The notes: generated from the sequence alone by a model not told the origin. A DNA stretch of 64,000 nt from Emiliania huxleyi CCMP1516 (GCF_000372725.1 NW_005202427.1:496001-560000), one strand, 5' to 3'; shown: positions 34,201 through 45,934, counted from the first letter of the stretch. Numbers and translations: made by a program.

Positions 34201-34706
34201 TTGTCGACGTCCCAACGCCCACGTGGGATCCATCCGGCGCATTGCTCACAGTGTAGCAGTTCCCACGACTCTCTGCCAGTGCTGTGGTCTGCCAAGACGC
34301 AGCCCGGCGCGGCGCGGTCGATGCTCTTGCAGCACGTCCACATGCCGAGCACGATGTCGGCACCCAAGACAGTGCCGCCTTCGTCCTCGACATCCACGCG
34401 GCCAGCGTTGTCGCGCGCCCATCGCCGAAATGTTTGGACCTTTGCCGCCGGCTCATCGGCCGCATTGCGCCAGCCCTGCTGGTCAGCTGGAAGGGCGGTC
34501 TCAAAGCCGCTCCCGACGAGCAGCGGCGCGCCGCGAACCGACTTGGCAAAGCCGGGCGGCGAGGGCGAGGAGGGAGGGAAGCCAGAGGGCGAGGCGGTAT
34601 CGATCGGCGGTGCGCAAGCCTCGAGGCGAAAGGGTGCAGAGCCTCTCCGGCGCGCCATTCTGCACGACGATTCGAGCTTGTAACCGTCATCGGCACGTGC
34701 GCCCAC
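31206..34706 (-). CDS. Multi zinc-finger protein: BTK/CHORD-like Cys-His motifs, many TRAF-type zinc fingers, degenerate thioredoxin-like insert; at least 2 introns; start uncertain
   Basis: WTCC...PGC, CSHHPG...WSCCG...GC..GRH and repeated C..C...(L)..H...CP units. Introns lie at ~32451-32520 and ~31870-31950. The segment ending ADPDGAHLPW resembles the nucleoredoxin C-terminal motif. Confidence 0.7.
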
Positions 34707-35543
34707 GACATCCCCGCAAGGCGCGCGATACCTCCTGCATCGTAGTTATGGTCCACTTTAGAGCTGTGAACGTGAAGAGAGTGGTACCAGCACTGTGGGT
34801 CGTTGCGGCACGCAAGGGGGGCCTCCCGGACGCATGATCCTAGCCCAATACATCCCACGGAGCACATCTCGACTTTTGACAGAATTAAATCCACTGCCCG
34901 GGCACGGTACTAATGGTCGTAGTTTTGGTCCCGGTGCCCTTCACGGCACCACACCGCCGCTTGACAGCCCGAGATTAGCCTAGCAGTGAGTGGGCATCGC
35001 CTGCCGGTCGGCTGGGCACGAGCCAAGCACTTGGGTGGCCGTCGACCGAGTCCGGGCGGCGCCTGAGGTTTCGGGTTTCGTGGGTCATAGTGTGGAAGCG
35101 ACGAAACCGAAGCGGGTTGGCCCCGGGGTGGTTTCACTGCGTCCGGCCGGGCCCGGCGTTTGAGGGTTTGTCGGCTCCACCTACAGAAGAGCAGTCTCAC
35201 TGGGTCGACGATACTGACTCGGTAGTAACGCGGAGCGGTGCTGTGCATAGTGGGCGCAAAGGCGGGGACCTGCTGAGCCTGACTCCCTTCTTCTCTCTAG
35301 GTCTATACTCGGTACACCGCCCACCTAGCGGCGGGAACGTACATATACACACACATACGGCGCGCTCTGCTAATGGCCCCCTTCATGCCCTTCCACCATC
35401 CTCTATTCTACGCTCTGCTCTCTCTACTCTAACTCTCAGCGAGAGTCACAACATCTCTCCCTCTCACCGCGACGCTACACCGAGTCAGAGCCACGCCCAG
35501 ACTTGCGCCCCAGACACCCGCAACGACGTTGGCGGGCCGCCGC

Positions 35544-38500
35544 TCACGGTCGTCTCGCGATCGCCCTCGCCGCCGCCTCGCCACTCCGCACCGCGCCGTC
35601 CATGTAGCCGTTGCCGGTGCCGGGGTAGTAGTCCGAGCCCGCCACGAAGAGGCCAGCCGCCTTCTCCTGCCGCACAAACGCCTCCCAGAAGCCGGGCTGG
35701 CTCTGCACGCCGGGCGGGAAGAAGCCTGTGTAGGCGCCGCGCGCAAACGGCTGGGCCGGCCAGTCGAGGACGAGGTGCGAGGTGTAGGATCGCGCGCGGG
35801 CGTCCTGCAGCGAGGCCTCGAGGAAGCTCACCACCTCCTCGAGGGCGGCGGTGCGGTTGGCGTTGCCGAAGAAACGCAGGTTGGTCCTCCCCTCGAGCCA
35901 GCACATGAGTGCGGCCGAGCCGGTCGTCGCGTCGCGAGACGAGTGGTCCATGCACGCCGAGAGGCCGCTCGTGGCCATCACGTTCCCGCTCTTGCCGGCG
36001 GCTCGCCACCACGCCTCCCGGTAGAAGAAGAAGAGCTTGGCGCTCTCTCCAAGGGGCATCCGCTGCAGCAGCTGCGCGTCGTTGGCGCTCAGGCTGGGCA
36101 AGCGGATGCCGAGCAGCGCGGCCGGGCTGCCCGTCAGGACCACGTGCTTCGCGCGGATCACCTGGCCGTCCGCGGTCGCCACGTCGTAGCTGACCGGCGC
36201 GGCGGGGCCAGACCGACGGGTCACCGCGCTCACCACGGCGCCGAGCTTGAGGCGCGCGCCGAGCCGCCTCGCGGCCTCGAGGAGCGGCGCCTGCGAGCCG
36301 CGCGCGAGCCGGTACTCGTCGTCGTCCCCGCCGCTCCAGCAGCCCTTGAGGCTCTTGGCGGTCGACAGAAAGGAGACCTGCGACGGCTCCTGCGCCACCA
36401 TCCCGCGGTTCATCGCACGGAGCACGTCGCGCCCCTCCTCGTGCGTCACGTGCGCCCGGATCCACCCTTCAAAGGTGATGCCGTCGGCATCGCGCCACAC
36501 GCCGTCGGCGCTCTCGCACGTGAGATTCCTCACCGCCGCCGCCATCGTCGCGCCCACCGCCTCGAGCTCCTCAAACACGGGCAGCCCCTTGAGCTTCGCT
36601 CGGAGCTCGCCCGGGCCGCGGTAGCGGATCGCGCCGCCGCTCCGCGTGTGCAGCACGCTCTCGCCGCTCTCGCCTCTCGAGTCGTCGACGCCCCAGTACC
36701 ACCACGGGTGCAAGTCTGCCGGCTCGGCGACGGCGGGGCGCAGCCTTGCGCGCGGGCGCCGTCGGTGCCGCGTGCCGCCCGCGCGCGACGTGTTGTACGT
36801 CTCGACGCCCATCGAAGCGGCGAAGGAGATGAGCGCCGTGTGCGACGGCGAGACGAACGTGCCGCCAACCTCGACGACGCCGTCCGCAGCCACGTCGAAG
36901 GCCCCGTCCGAAGGAAGGTAGTTGCGCGTGCGCCCTCCGACGTGCGCCGCCGCCTCGAGCACGAGGACACCCTTCCCAGCGGAGACCAGCGCGTGCGCGG
37001 CCGCCAGGCCAGCGTAGCCTGCGCCCACAACCACCGCATCGTAAGCCTCCGCCGGCGGGGCTCCGCCTGCGCCTTGCTCCTGTAGGGTGGCGGCGCGCCC
37101 CTCCTTCGGCCCGGCGATGCCCCACCCGGCGAGAGCGGACACCATCTGAGCAGCGATCGCAGCCTCCTTGTCCTCTGGCACGCCAGCGCCGCAGTGGCCG
37201 CTGTATTCAGAGCATCGCGTGAACGCAAGGTCGATCCCTCTGACTGAGTGTGTGACTTGGGGGCCCGGGGGCTGTGCTTTTGCGTGAATACAAGGGCTAC
37301 GAATACAGTAGACACGGTTGCCATGCGGCTGTGAATACAGCTCAAGCCGGTCGGAATACACACATCTTCCCCATCTGGGCACCAGCCAGCCGTCGCACGT
37401 GAGCAGCATGAAGGGCTGGTCGAGGCTCAGCGGCCAAACGTCGCGCCGCACGAGCTCCGCAGAACTCGCCATCTTCCACGGGTCATCTGAGTAGTCGACC
37501 TCGAAGATGCGGCTCTCGCCCGCCAGAGACCCGCCGCCGAACTTGGCGTTGAACTGCTCGACGGTGGCGGGCGTGACCAGGGGAGCGCCGGCGCCGAAGA
37601 TGTAGGCGCACTGCTCGATGAGGCGCGCGGCGGTGAGCTGCCGCGGGCGTGTCGAGAGGCCCTGCTGCGGCGCCGTCTGCAGGTAGCCGAGGTGCGCGCA
37701 CTTCATCCAGTACCACGAGCGCGCGCTCTGCGCCACCGGCCCCTCTGTCGCGGTGGCCATGCAGCTCGAGTTGTAGAAGCAGCTGCTGAAGTACTCGTTG
37801 CCCCACGCGTGCCGCGTGTAGTTTGCGAAGAGCGCTGCCAGAGCGAGGTCGTCGTGAGGAGCCTCGCCGGCAGCCGAGGGGGAGGCGGAGGAGGGGGAGG
37901 AGTAGCCCGGCTGGAGCGCCTCGCACAAGATGCTCTTCCTTCCGTACTGCACCGCGGAGGAAGATGAGTCGCCGAGAGCGTAGGCGAAATCGACCATGCC
38001 GGTGGGCGAGCCTTCGTAATGCGCCGCACCAAAGAGGCGCATGAGCTTGCCCGGCGACGAGTGCAGCAGCGAGGTGAGCGCGGCGCCGACCCGCGCCTGC
38101 GCCTGCGCGCAGCGGCTGTCGGGCGAGGAGAGCGCGACGAGGTTGCTCACGTCGTACCGAGCAAAGTCGTACACGGCGGTGACGGGCGGGCTCTGCGCGA
38201 TGGCCGCGTCGACCAGCTTTGGATAGGTGCGCCTCATCCAGGCGGACGACGCGCCGGCGTACGAGCCGCCTTGCACGACCACCGCGGTGGCGGCGGGGAA
38301 GAGCTGGCTGCGCGCGTGCCGGATGAGCGCGGCGACGTCGGCCAAGTTTTGCTCGACCGAGAGGTACTTTGTGAAGGCGCGCGTCGATGAGTCTCCGAGC
38401 GGGACCGAGTCGCCAAAGTAGCGGTGCTGGCTGCACACTGACGCAGCGCGCAGCGCCTGCGCGAGCTCACCACTAGGGCAGCCGCGAGTGGCGCCTTCGG

Positions 38501-38756
38501 AAGGCATCGTCACAAGCAGCACACCTCCAGCCGTGAATTGCGTTGCGTTGACGTAGTACTTGAGCCGCCAGGACGGGCCTTTCACTGCAAAGTGGTCAAG
38601 CGGCACGTCGAGGTAGAGCGGCTTTGAAGTCGGGAGCGACGCGCTGAGTTCGAAGCTGGCAGCGATCGACCCGTGCCGCAGATGCTCTGGCAAGTGCACG
38701 CCGAGTGCTCCAATCCTCGAGAGGCTGATGGCATGCAGCAGCGGCAGCGGGCTCAT
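35544..38756 (-). CDS. S28 serine carboxypeptidase (PRCP/TSSP-like) fused to a flavin-containing amine oxidase; in-frame GC-AG intron 37201-37386
   Basis: S28 motifs LDHF, HRYFGDS, LSVEQNLAD, GGSYAG, DPW and spliced CDGC|GHC. Amine oxidase motifs YDAVVVGAGYAGLAAA, VLEA...GGRT, W....FARGAY and GYMDGAVRSGEAAA. No stop between the domains. Confidence 0.85.
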   Translation of the reverse strand: MSPLPLLHAISLSRIGALGVHLPEHLRHGSIAASFELSASLPTSKPLYLDVPLDHFAVKGPSWRLKYYVNATQFTAGGVLLVTMPSEGATRGCPSGELAQALRAASVCSQHRYFGDSVPLGDSSTRAFTKYLSVEQNLADVAALIRHARSQLFPAATAVVVQGGSYAGASSAWMRRTYPKLVDAAIAQSPPVTAVYDFARYDVSNLVALSSPDSRCAQAQARVGAALTSLLHSSPGKLMRLFGAAHYEGSPTGMVDFAYALGDSSSSAVQYGRKSILCEALQPGYSSPSSASPSAAGEAPHDDLALAALFANYTRHAWGNEYFSSCFYNSSCMATATEGPVAQSARSWYWMKCAHLGYLQTAPQQGLSTRPRQLTAARLIEQCAYIFGAGAPLVTPATVEQFNAKFGGGSLAGESRIFEVDYSDDPWKMASSAELVRRDVWPLSLDQPFMLLTCDGWLVPRWGRCVYSDRLELYSQPHGNRVYCIRSPCIHAKAQPPGPQVTHSVRGIDLAFTRCSEYSGHCGAGVPEDKEAAIAAQMVSALAGWGIAGPKEGRAATLQEQGAGGAPPAEAYDAVVVGAGYAGLAAAHALVSAGKGVLVLEAAAHVGGRTRNYLPSDGAFDVAADGVVEVGGTFVSPSHTALISFAASMGVETYNTSRAGGTRHRRRPRARLRPAVAEPADLHPWWYWGVDDSRGESGESVLHTRSGGAIRYRGPGELRAKLKGLPVFEELEAVGATMAAAVRNLTCESADGVWRDADGITFEGWIRAHVTHEEGRDVLRAMNRGMVAQEPSQVSFLSTAKSLKGCWSGGDDDEYRLARGSQAPLLEAARRLGARLKLGAVVSAVTRRSGPAAPVSYDVATADGQVIRAKHVVLTGSPAALLGIRLPSLSANDAQLLQRMPLGESAKLFFFYREAWWRAAGKSGNVMATSGLSACMDHSSRDATTGSAALMCWLEGRTNLRFFGNANRTAALEEVVSFLEASLQDARARSYTSHLVLDWPAQPFARGAYTGFFPPGVQSQPGFWEAFVRQEKAAGLFVAGSDYYPGTGNGYMDGAVRSGEAAARAIARRP

Positions 38757-38938
38757 TCGTTGTTGCAGTGCGCGCGGCGCCTTGAGCTCGACGGGGAAAT
38801 TCTTTTTAGTGCGGAGTGCATTGCCGTTCTTAACGGAGTCGCTTAGGCGGCTCCGGTGGTGAGCCTGTGTGTGTGCCAGTCCGCGCCAGTCTGCGCCCTT
38901 GTCGTGCCAGTGTGCTGTGAGAGAGGCTTGTATCTTAA

Positions 38939-41142
38939 GGTGGCAGTCCGGGTTCTGTGAAGAGGGTCGCTCGTCGAATGCGAGCCAGTTCGCTCGCGAC
39001 GCCGACGCCGACGCCGCCGCCGGAACGACCGCGGCGGCCGGTCGAGCGGCCGCCCCGGCCAGCGGCCGTATCGAGCCTGCCCGTCGCGAAGGTGCGGACC
39101 TCACGCGCCCCACCGGCCGCCCGCGCCGCCGCGCCCACGTCGCTCTCTCGAAGCCCAGCGCCACGCCGCTACGACTCCCATCGCGACGACTCCCGTGCTC
39201 GCTCGTGGCGCAGGCGATCGACTCCTGACACCCATCGAGCGGATGGGCGCGTTCCCGCCGCGATCCGGTACTCTCGAACGACTTTTGAGGGCAAAAGGTG
39301 CCGCCCGAGCCCATTCCCGCCGCCCGCCGCCCGAGATCAGCTGCCACCGGCCAGCGCGCGCGCGGAGACCTGCCGCGAGCGCCTCCGTGGCCCTAGCTGG
39401 GGTGATTAGCAAGCGCCTCGGCACTTTAGATTCGCCCCTCGGGCTTTTCCGCGCGCGTGATCAGTCTCGCGTTCTCTCCTTTTTCAGGCGCCTGTTTTCG
39501 GCCTCTGAAGAGCAACCGTCGAGGCGTCGATGCTCGCCTCCACGCCCGCGCCAGACCTCCGCGATTGGGGCGCCTTGTCGACGGGATCAATTGTGATTCC
39601 GGGCGTATTTTTCTGGTATCTTACTCGCACGTCGGCGACTCTTAGTCGCTTCTCCGTGCTAGGAGGCCTCTGTTTTGTGTCCGTGAGGACTAGATCGAAA
39701 CTAACATTTCGGCATATGCGAGTAAAGTATCAGAAAAATGCGCGTTCGTTCACAATTCATGTGTATATGAACGGTGCCGACGGGTTTGGCGAGCAGCGAA
39801 GCCGTCCAGGCGCAGCAACGCGACGGTTTCGGAGGTCGACGGCTCCGAAAGAGCCTCCCGTTCGAGGCCGGCGCGGTCACGGTACCGTGGAGGCCACAGA
39901 CGTCGCCGGAGCGGCACTCCCGGGGCGCCACTCCCTCACCCGGTCAGGGGGGGCCAACCACAGCCCGCCTCACCGTCCGTGGAGCTTCCGTGGTCCGCCG
40001 CTTCGGCTTCGATTTTCGACCCTCCCGAGGCTGCTAGAGCAGCCCCGCGGAGCCTCCCGGATGCACCGGCACACCGTCGTCCAGAACGCCGGCGCACGCG
40101 CTGCCCAGTGACCGGGCGGGTCGGCCCCGACTAGGAGCGGGCCCAGCCGGGCGGAGAAGACTATCCCACTCGCGGTGCGTCGCACCGGCCGGTCCGGTTT
40201 TCGTCTCGAGCGGGTCGTGAGACGGCCGCGAGAGCGAGCACCGCGGTCACAGTGCCGTGGAGGCCACAGACGTCGCCGGAGCGGCACTCCCGGGGCGCCA
40301 CTCCCTCACCCGGTCAGGGGGGGCCAACCACAGCCCGCCTCACCGTCCGTGGAGCTTCCGTGGTCCACCGCTTCGGCTTCGATTTTCGACCCTCCCGAGG
40401 CTGCTAGAGCAGCCCCGCGGAGCCTCCCGGATGCATCGGCACACCGTCGTCCAGGATGACGGCGCATGCGCTGCCCAGTGACTGGGCGGGTCGGCCCCGA
40501 CTAGGGGCGGGCCCAGCCGCGCGGAGAAGGTCAGCGAGCTCGAAACACGTCGCCGCGGCCGGCCGTTTCGCAAGCCTGAGCGGGTCGCCAGACACCCGCG
40601 AGAGCCAGCAGCTAGAGCGCCGTCGTAGCCGCAGATCGAGTCGAGGAGCTTAATGTCCACGGTAGCAGTTGTGGAGAGCGGTGGCGCGGTGCGTGTAGAG
40701 GCGTCGACTGAGGGCTCCCTTTCGAAACGCGACGGGTACGGCATGACAACTGCCAGTACAGTTTTACGCCGGCCAGCGTGAGAGCACAACAGGGAGCCGG
40801 CGACCCGTACGCTTTGCGCGTGGCGACTGGTGGCTGTCTGGAGCTCGTGTGAGCTGGGCCGACGCGTGGCCGAGCCGAGAGGACCAGCGAGCGACCACCT
40901 TGGCGATGAAGCTTGGCGGCCGGCGCCTCGTCGCCAGACGTCACAGCGGCGTGGACGCAGGAGTGTGCGGCGACGAGTACCGGCAAATCCGGCCCGGCGT
41001 GGCCGGCAGCTGCCTAGCGCTGGCCTGTGACCGGCGCTGCGGTGGCGGAGAAGGCGTCTCTCCGCCGTGGCGGCGGTCGGCAGGTGCGAGCGTGATGCCA
41101 TCGTGTGGGACGACACCCGTCTGCAAAACCCGGACTGCCACC
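38939..41142. mobile_element. Non-autonomous DNA transposon with 16-bp perfect TIRs and TTAA TSD (Kolobok-like termini)
   Basis: TTAA|GGTGGCAGTCCGGGTT at 38935-38954 and AACCCGGACTGCCACC|TTAA at 41127-41146. No transposase ORF recognised. Confidence 0.8.
39872..40529. repeat. Internal direct repeat (~290 bp x2, period 370) inside the TTAA element
   Basis: CCGTGGAGGCCACAGACGTCGCCGGAGC...GCGGAGAAG at ~39885-40159 and ~40255-40529, nearly identical. Confidence 0.92.
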
Positions 41143-42159
41143 TTAAGAATTCTTTTTAGTGGGCAGAGAGCTGGCAGAACGCGAGCGAGACGTGGGGTGT
41201 TTGGGTCCGTGTCGTGTCGAGTCGACCTACGCGCCCGCTCGGCGAGCCTCGACGCGGCGCAGGAAGCCGTGACGGCTGGTGCTGCACACCGCCATCGCAG
41301 CGTGTTGAAAAGGCGCTCTTGTCGCCACCGCGGTGGTGGTCGAGCGCGTCGCGCACACGATAAAACTTGCGTACGTGATGGTGGTGAGCTCGGTCGAAGG
41401 TGGTGGGCCGAAAACGCGAGTAGGTACGGCCGCGCGGGGCCACGGCGAGCTTTGCGCGGAAATCGCAAGCTTCGCACAAATCGCACAAATCGCAAAACAT
41501 AAAAATCTCTCTCAAATCGCAAAGATGACCGCCCAAGTCCCAACACCACCCGGGGACCACCACCACCCGTGTCCCAAAGTGAGAATTCCGATTGTACCTG
41601 TCAATAGATCGCGAGCAACAAAGCAGTTGCCCCTCGAGCCATGTTCGCGTTTTACCGCCACAAGATCGAATGGGGCGGTGAGAGTACACGCTGAAAATGA
41701 TGTAGGTTGTAGGGGCTTGGCGTTAGCCAGTGTGGTGGGGGGCTGCAACAGCGCCGACGCGGGTACGAGTAATTCTTCCATGTGGAAAGCTTTATAGTAG
41801 AGAGAGAAAAAAATCTCCTTTGAGTCGGTTGACGAATTTGCCGACAAATGAGCGACGCGACTAGCCCTGCACGGGCGACTACTGAGGCGAGTCTGTATGC
41901 GGCCTCTACAGCTCAGGCACCGAGCACTTTTGCACAGCCGCCTGGGAGAGCGGCGGTGAGGGCGTCAGTCGTGAGGGCGGCCGCGGCGCGGGAGGCGGGC
42001 GAGGGCGAGAGGCGGCCAGGGGTGGAGAGAGAAGAAGGCTGAGAGGAGAGAGAAGGCAGGGAGGAGAGAGGCGGCCGGGGCAGAGGCGGGAGGGAGGAGA
42101 GACCGGGCGGCGAGCCGCGCACCTCGAACCGCGTGCAGCTCGGGCGTCCAAATGAAGCG

Positions 42160-42499
42160 CGACCCTCAATATAACACAATTCAGAAATTCATTTTTTTTT
42201 GGAGAAATATGATTTTTTGTTTTTTGAAGGAGGGTCCGGGTCGCAACCCTCAATGTAACACAAGAATTCAGAAATTCAGTTTTTTGGGGGGAAATTGTTG
42301 GAATATTTTTTTTGTAGGGTCTGGTCGCAGGGCCAATATAAACACAAGAATTCAGAAATTCAGTTTTTTTTGGAAAAAATGAAATATAATTTTTTGGGGT
42401 CCCTGGGCAGGGTCCCAGCCCGAGGGGCCAAGATTTTCTGAAGAATTTCTCCCAAAAAAACTGAATTTCTGAATTTTGCTTATATTGGTACCTGCGACC
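42160..42499. mobile_element. AT-rich foldback/MITE-like structure: three direct copies and one inverted copy of a ~46 bp motif
   Basis: CAATATAA.ACAAGAATTCAGAAATTCAGTTTTTT at ~42167, ~42251 and ~42334. The inverted copy AAAAAAACTGAATTTCTGAATTTTGCTTATATTGGTACCTGCGACC (42454-42499) pairs with GGTCGCAGGGCCAATATAAAC... at 42323. Confidence 0.65.
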
Positions 42500-42848
42500 C
42501 ATGGGCCTCGGGGCGGGCGAGCCTCAGTGCCAGTGCCTCGAGGCCTCGGGGCCGGCGAGCCTCAGGGTGTGGCGCGGCTAGCGCGTCCGCTCTCGACGAC
42601 ACGGACATCGCGAGAGCATTTGAATTCACACATGACTTTTTTCAGCGCAGCCGCGCCGCCGTCTGCGCGCTTGGCGGCCTCGAGCTGCCTGCTCGCCTGT
42701 GGCCTCTCGTCGGCGCCTTTGCGCTCGGCGGAGCCACCACCGCCGCCGCCTCTGCCGCCGCCGGGTCGTACCAGCACCGAGGATACTCCTCCTTTCCGTC
42801 TTCCGCCGCTCACTGCGAATCGTCCGCTCAGTGCTCGGCGCGGCGTGC

Positions 42849-43290
42849 ATGGCCCTGCTGCGTCGCAGGCTTCCGGGCTGCGAGGCTGCCGACGAGGGCG
42901 AGTGCGATCTCACCGCATCTCGCTCGCGGTGGGCGGAGGCGTGGGCCATCCTCCGCGCGGGCCTGCGGGAGGTCGGCCGAACCACGGCAGAGGGCGTCGA
43001 GGCCTTCAAGATGGAGCGTTCCCTCTACTCCGCGGTCCTCGGACGGTCAGCACACTCTCCCGCCATTTTCATTGCCGCCACTCGTCTCGCCGCATTATTG
43101 CAGGACACATCCCTGACACGTCCCCGACACCTCCCTGACACGTCCCTGACACGTCCCAGGCCCGCCCTCGTGGCGCTGCAGTACGTGCTCGATCGTGTCA
43201 CGCCGCTGCGCCTCGAGGCGGTGCTGCGCGAGGCGCTGGTCGGCGTGCTCTCCTCTGTGAGCGCGCCGCCCGAGCCCGGCCCAGACCAGG
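42849..43290 (+). CDS. Hypothetical protein fragment
   Basis: Codon-biased segments either side of an intron-like region with CCCTGACACGT repeats (43044-43159). No family recognised. Confidence 0.3.
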
Positions 43291-43620
43291 AGGCTTGCAT
43301 AGAGACACTCGTCTCACGAAGCTGTCTTGCACACACGTACTGTCTCGCAACAGTGTTGCCCTGCCTTAGCTCACTCACGTACATACATACACGTGGCAGC
43401 GCTCGGCGGCAGTACTGGTTTGATATAGCACGGAGTCCTCTCGCTCCAGTGCAGTACGGAGTTTGTCGTATCGCGTTTCACAGTGATGCCCCAAAGTCTG
43501 AGACAGCAATACGAGCACATGGGCTACTCTAGTTTTCCAATTCACTCTCACACTCTGACATGCTAATATTTGTGTGCACAAATCGCCCGTCGTCACCGCC
43601 TTTCACCACCAGGTCCCCCA

Positions 43621-45100
43621 ATGTTTGTGCATGTCATGACGTCCTCCGCCGTGCCCGGCCGTGCCCGGGCCCCCAGCCTAGACAGCGGCTGCCCGGCCGC
43701 CCTGCCTAGCGCGTGGGCGGTGCTGGGTATGGTTGAGCCGTCGGCGAGCCTCGCCTGCCCGCCCTCCATGCCGTCGCTGCCACCGCCGTCGCCTCCTCCA
43801 CTGCCTTTACCGTCACCGCCGCCGCCGCCACCGCCGCCACCGCCGCCATTCTTACCGTCGCCGCCGCCTTCGCTCTCGCCTTCCCCGTCGCCACCGCCGC
43901 CAGTCCCGTTGCACCCTCCGCTGCAAACAACTCCGCCATGCTTTGGTTGCCTCCACCCGCACACCGCCGGCGGCTTGCCCGAATTCCCGAACGATTGGGC
44001 CATCGGGCTGCTCCTCGCATTGTGCCTTGAGCCGCTGCTGCGTGGGCAGATCAAGAAGAAGAGGGTGGAGGGCCGCAGCCACGCAGCGATCTCTGTACCC
44101 TTCCTCTCCGGCACGCGTGCTCTCCGAGTTGGCATTGTGATCCTCTTCTGCCTGCAGGACGTATGCGGCACCCCACCGGCACCGCTCCAGCCCGTCATTG
44201 TCAGCGGCCCGTGCTCGCTCACCGACGGCGGCTCGTGCGCCGCGTCGCCAAACTACCCGAACAGCTACGGCATCAACGAGGCGTGCACCATCAGCGGCGT
44301 GCCGCCGGTCGAGCTGGAGACGGTCGCCTTTGATGTGGACGCTTGGTCCTACTACGACTACGACTACAACGGTGACCCCATGGATGACTGCCCCTCCGAC
44401 TATCTCACCGTCAACGGCAAGAAGTACTGCGGCACCTCGGGGCCCCCGAGTGGCGCGGTGGCGGAGGACGGCGTGATCGAGTGGCGATCGGATGGCAGCG
44501 TAGTCGGGCCGGGCTGGAAGGCGCGCCCCTGGTCCCTCTCGCTCCCTTCTTTCTCCTCTCTGATGCCCTCCTCCCTCTCTGCCGTCAGATCTGCTGGGCG
44601 ACCCGCCCGCCTTCACCGCCATCAGCGCCGCCTCCACCGCCTCCACCGCCTCCACCGCCAACACCGCCGTCGCTGCCGCCGCTCTCCCCCGGCTTCGACC
44701 ACGGACACGCCGGAGCGGGCAACCCACATGCTGCTCTACCTGACCCAGAACACTTGGTCGGATGAGAGGCTGGCCGAGCAGGTCACGGCGGCCCGCGCAG
44801 CAGGTCTGCCGATTGTCATGGCTCACGAGAACGACCCAAGCCTTGGTGGTTGCGCTTTTGCACGCCAATTTGAGACCACGCCGCAGGAGCTCATCGCAGG
44901 CGGCCTCTACCAAGACCTCGCCGTCGCGTGCTTTGCGGGGATTCACCGCGAGGCAGCCGAGACGTAGCTGAGAGTTTAGCTGGTACCTACCCTTTGTGAG
45001 GCCGCCGGTTCGGACTAGGTGTCGCGCTGTCTACTGGCAAAGGCGCTCGGTGCTAGGCCAGGCAGGGAGCAGGAGGCGTCCCTCCGCCGCAGCAGCCTTT
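43621..45100 (+). pseudogene. Internally deleted, frameshifted paralog of the TIR receptor, with a CUB-like ectodomain
   Basis: CUB-like SPNYPNSY...C...FDV...DYLTVNGKKYCGTSGP...WRSDGS...GWK|ICW, then a Pro stalk ending PPLSPGFD (as in 19593-26859). This joins out of frame to THMLLYL...DERLAEQV...AHENDPSLGGC.F...FETTPQELIAGGLYQDLA. Confidence 0.75.
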
Positions 45101-45646
45101 TTGCACGCTTCTCCCGCACAATTCCGCCGGCTGTACAACCTATCGAGGTGGAGGCGGAGTCCTCGGCTTATCACATTTGACCATTGTGAGTATTTGGTGT
45201 GTGTCAGTGTGTGCGTGTGGGTGGGGGGGGGGGGGGGTTGCTCCAACACTCCTTCTCTGCCAGGGAGGTGCACGTGTGTTTGCTGAGTAGTCGCACCCCT
45301 GCCTGGCGGCGAGCAGAGGTTATGACCTACTCTCATGTTTTCGAAACATGCAGATTGTAAAATTCTTTTCCCTCGCCACTGGCGTCGGGTCCACGCGTAC
45401 TCTCTACTTACGAACGGACACATCGCATCCTCAACCTAAAGTCCTGGCGGAGGCTACATATTTGTTGCCATATTGGTGAAAGAGCTCCCCACCCTCCATC
45501 TTCCACTCGAACGCTACCCGGTCTCCTTCCTCCCGGGACCCCGCCCTCCACCCCATTGACCGCGGCGCGGCTTTGTCGCGGCGCTCGCCGTCTACCTCCG
45601 CCTTGTCCGCTGTCGAGAAAAGAGTTTTGTTCCGCTGTCGTGTATT

Positions 45647-45705
45647 GAAAGAAAGAAAGAAAAGCTAAAGGAGGGGTGGGAGGACGGCACGCCGCCACCG
45701 CACAG
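45647..45705 (-). mobile_element. Short diverged 3'-end fragment of the non-LTR family
   Basis: GAAAGAAAGAAAG...GGGAGGACGGCACGCCGCCACC.CACAG matches 5127-5190. Confidence 0.6.
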
Positions 45706-45793
45706 TACCACAGAGCTGCCAACAATATACCTACAAACAGAGTGACAGAGATTTCAAAGAAAGAAAGAATCTTAACACCAACCCAAAACACAA

Positions 45794-45934
45794 GCGAAGA
45801 GAGATAGGAAGAGGCAGACTCCCTAGGGTGGGCGACGGCTAGCGCACCACACACCTCTCCTTAAAATCCCTGTGTGGTGGCGGCGTGCCGTCCTCCCATC
45901 CCTCCCTTGGGTTGTCTGTTTTCTTTCTTTCTTT
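45794..45934 (+). mobile_element. 3'-end copy of the non-LTR family with (TTTC)n tail
   Basis: Reverse-complement match to 5127-5266. Confidence 0.8.

Noticed and set aside
38757..39347. N-terminal 197 aa of the listed 1267-aa ORF
   Set aside because: Runs through the promoter and into the TTAA-flanked transposon; the plausible start is ATG 38756.
39500..39545. CTGAAGAG as a possible hammerhead ribozyme core
   Set aside because: No GAAA after a closing stem II, so the core is incomplete.
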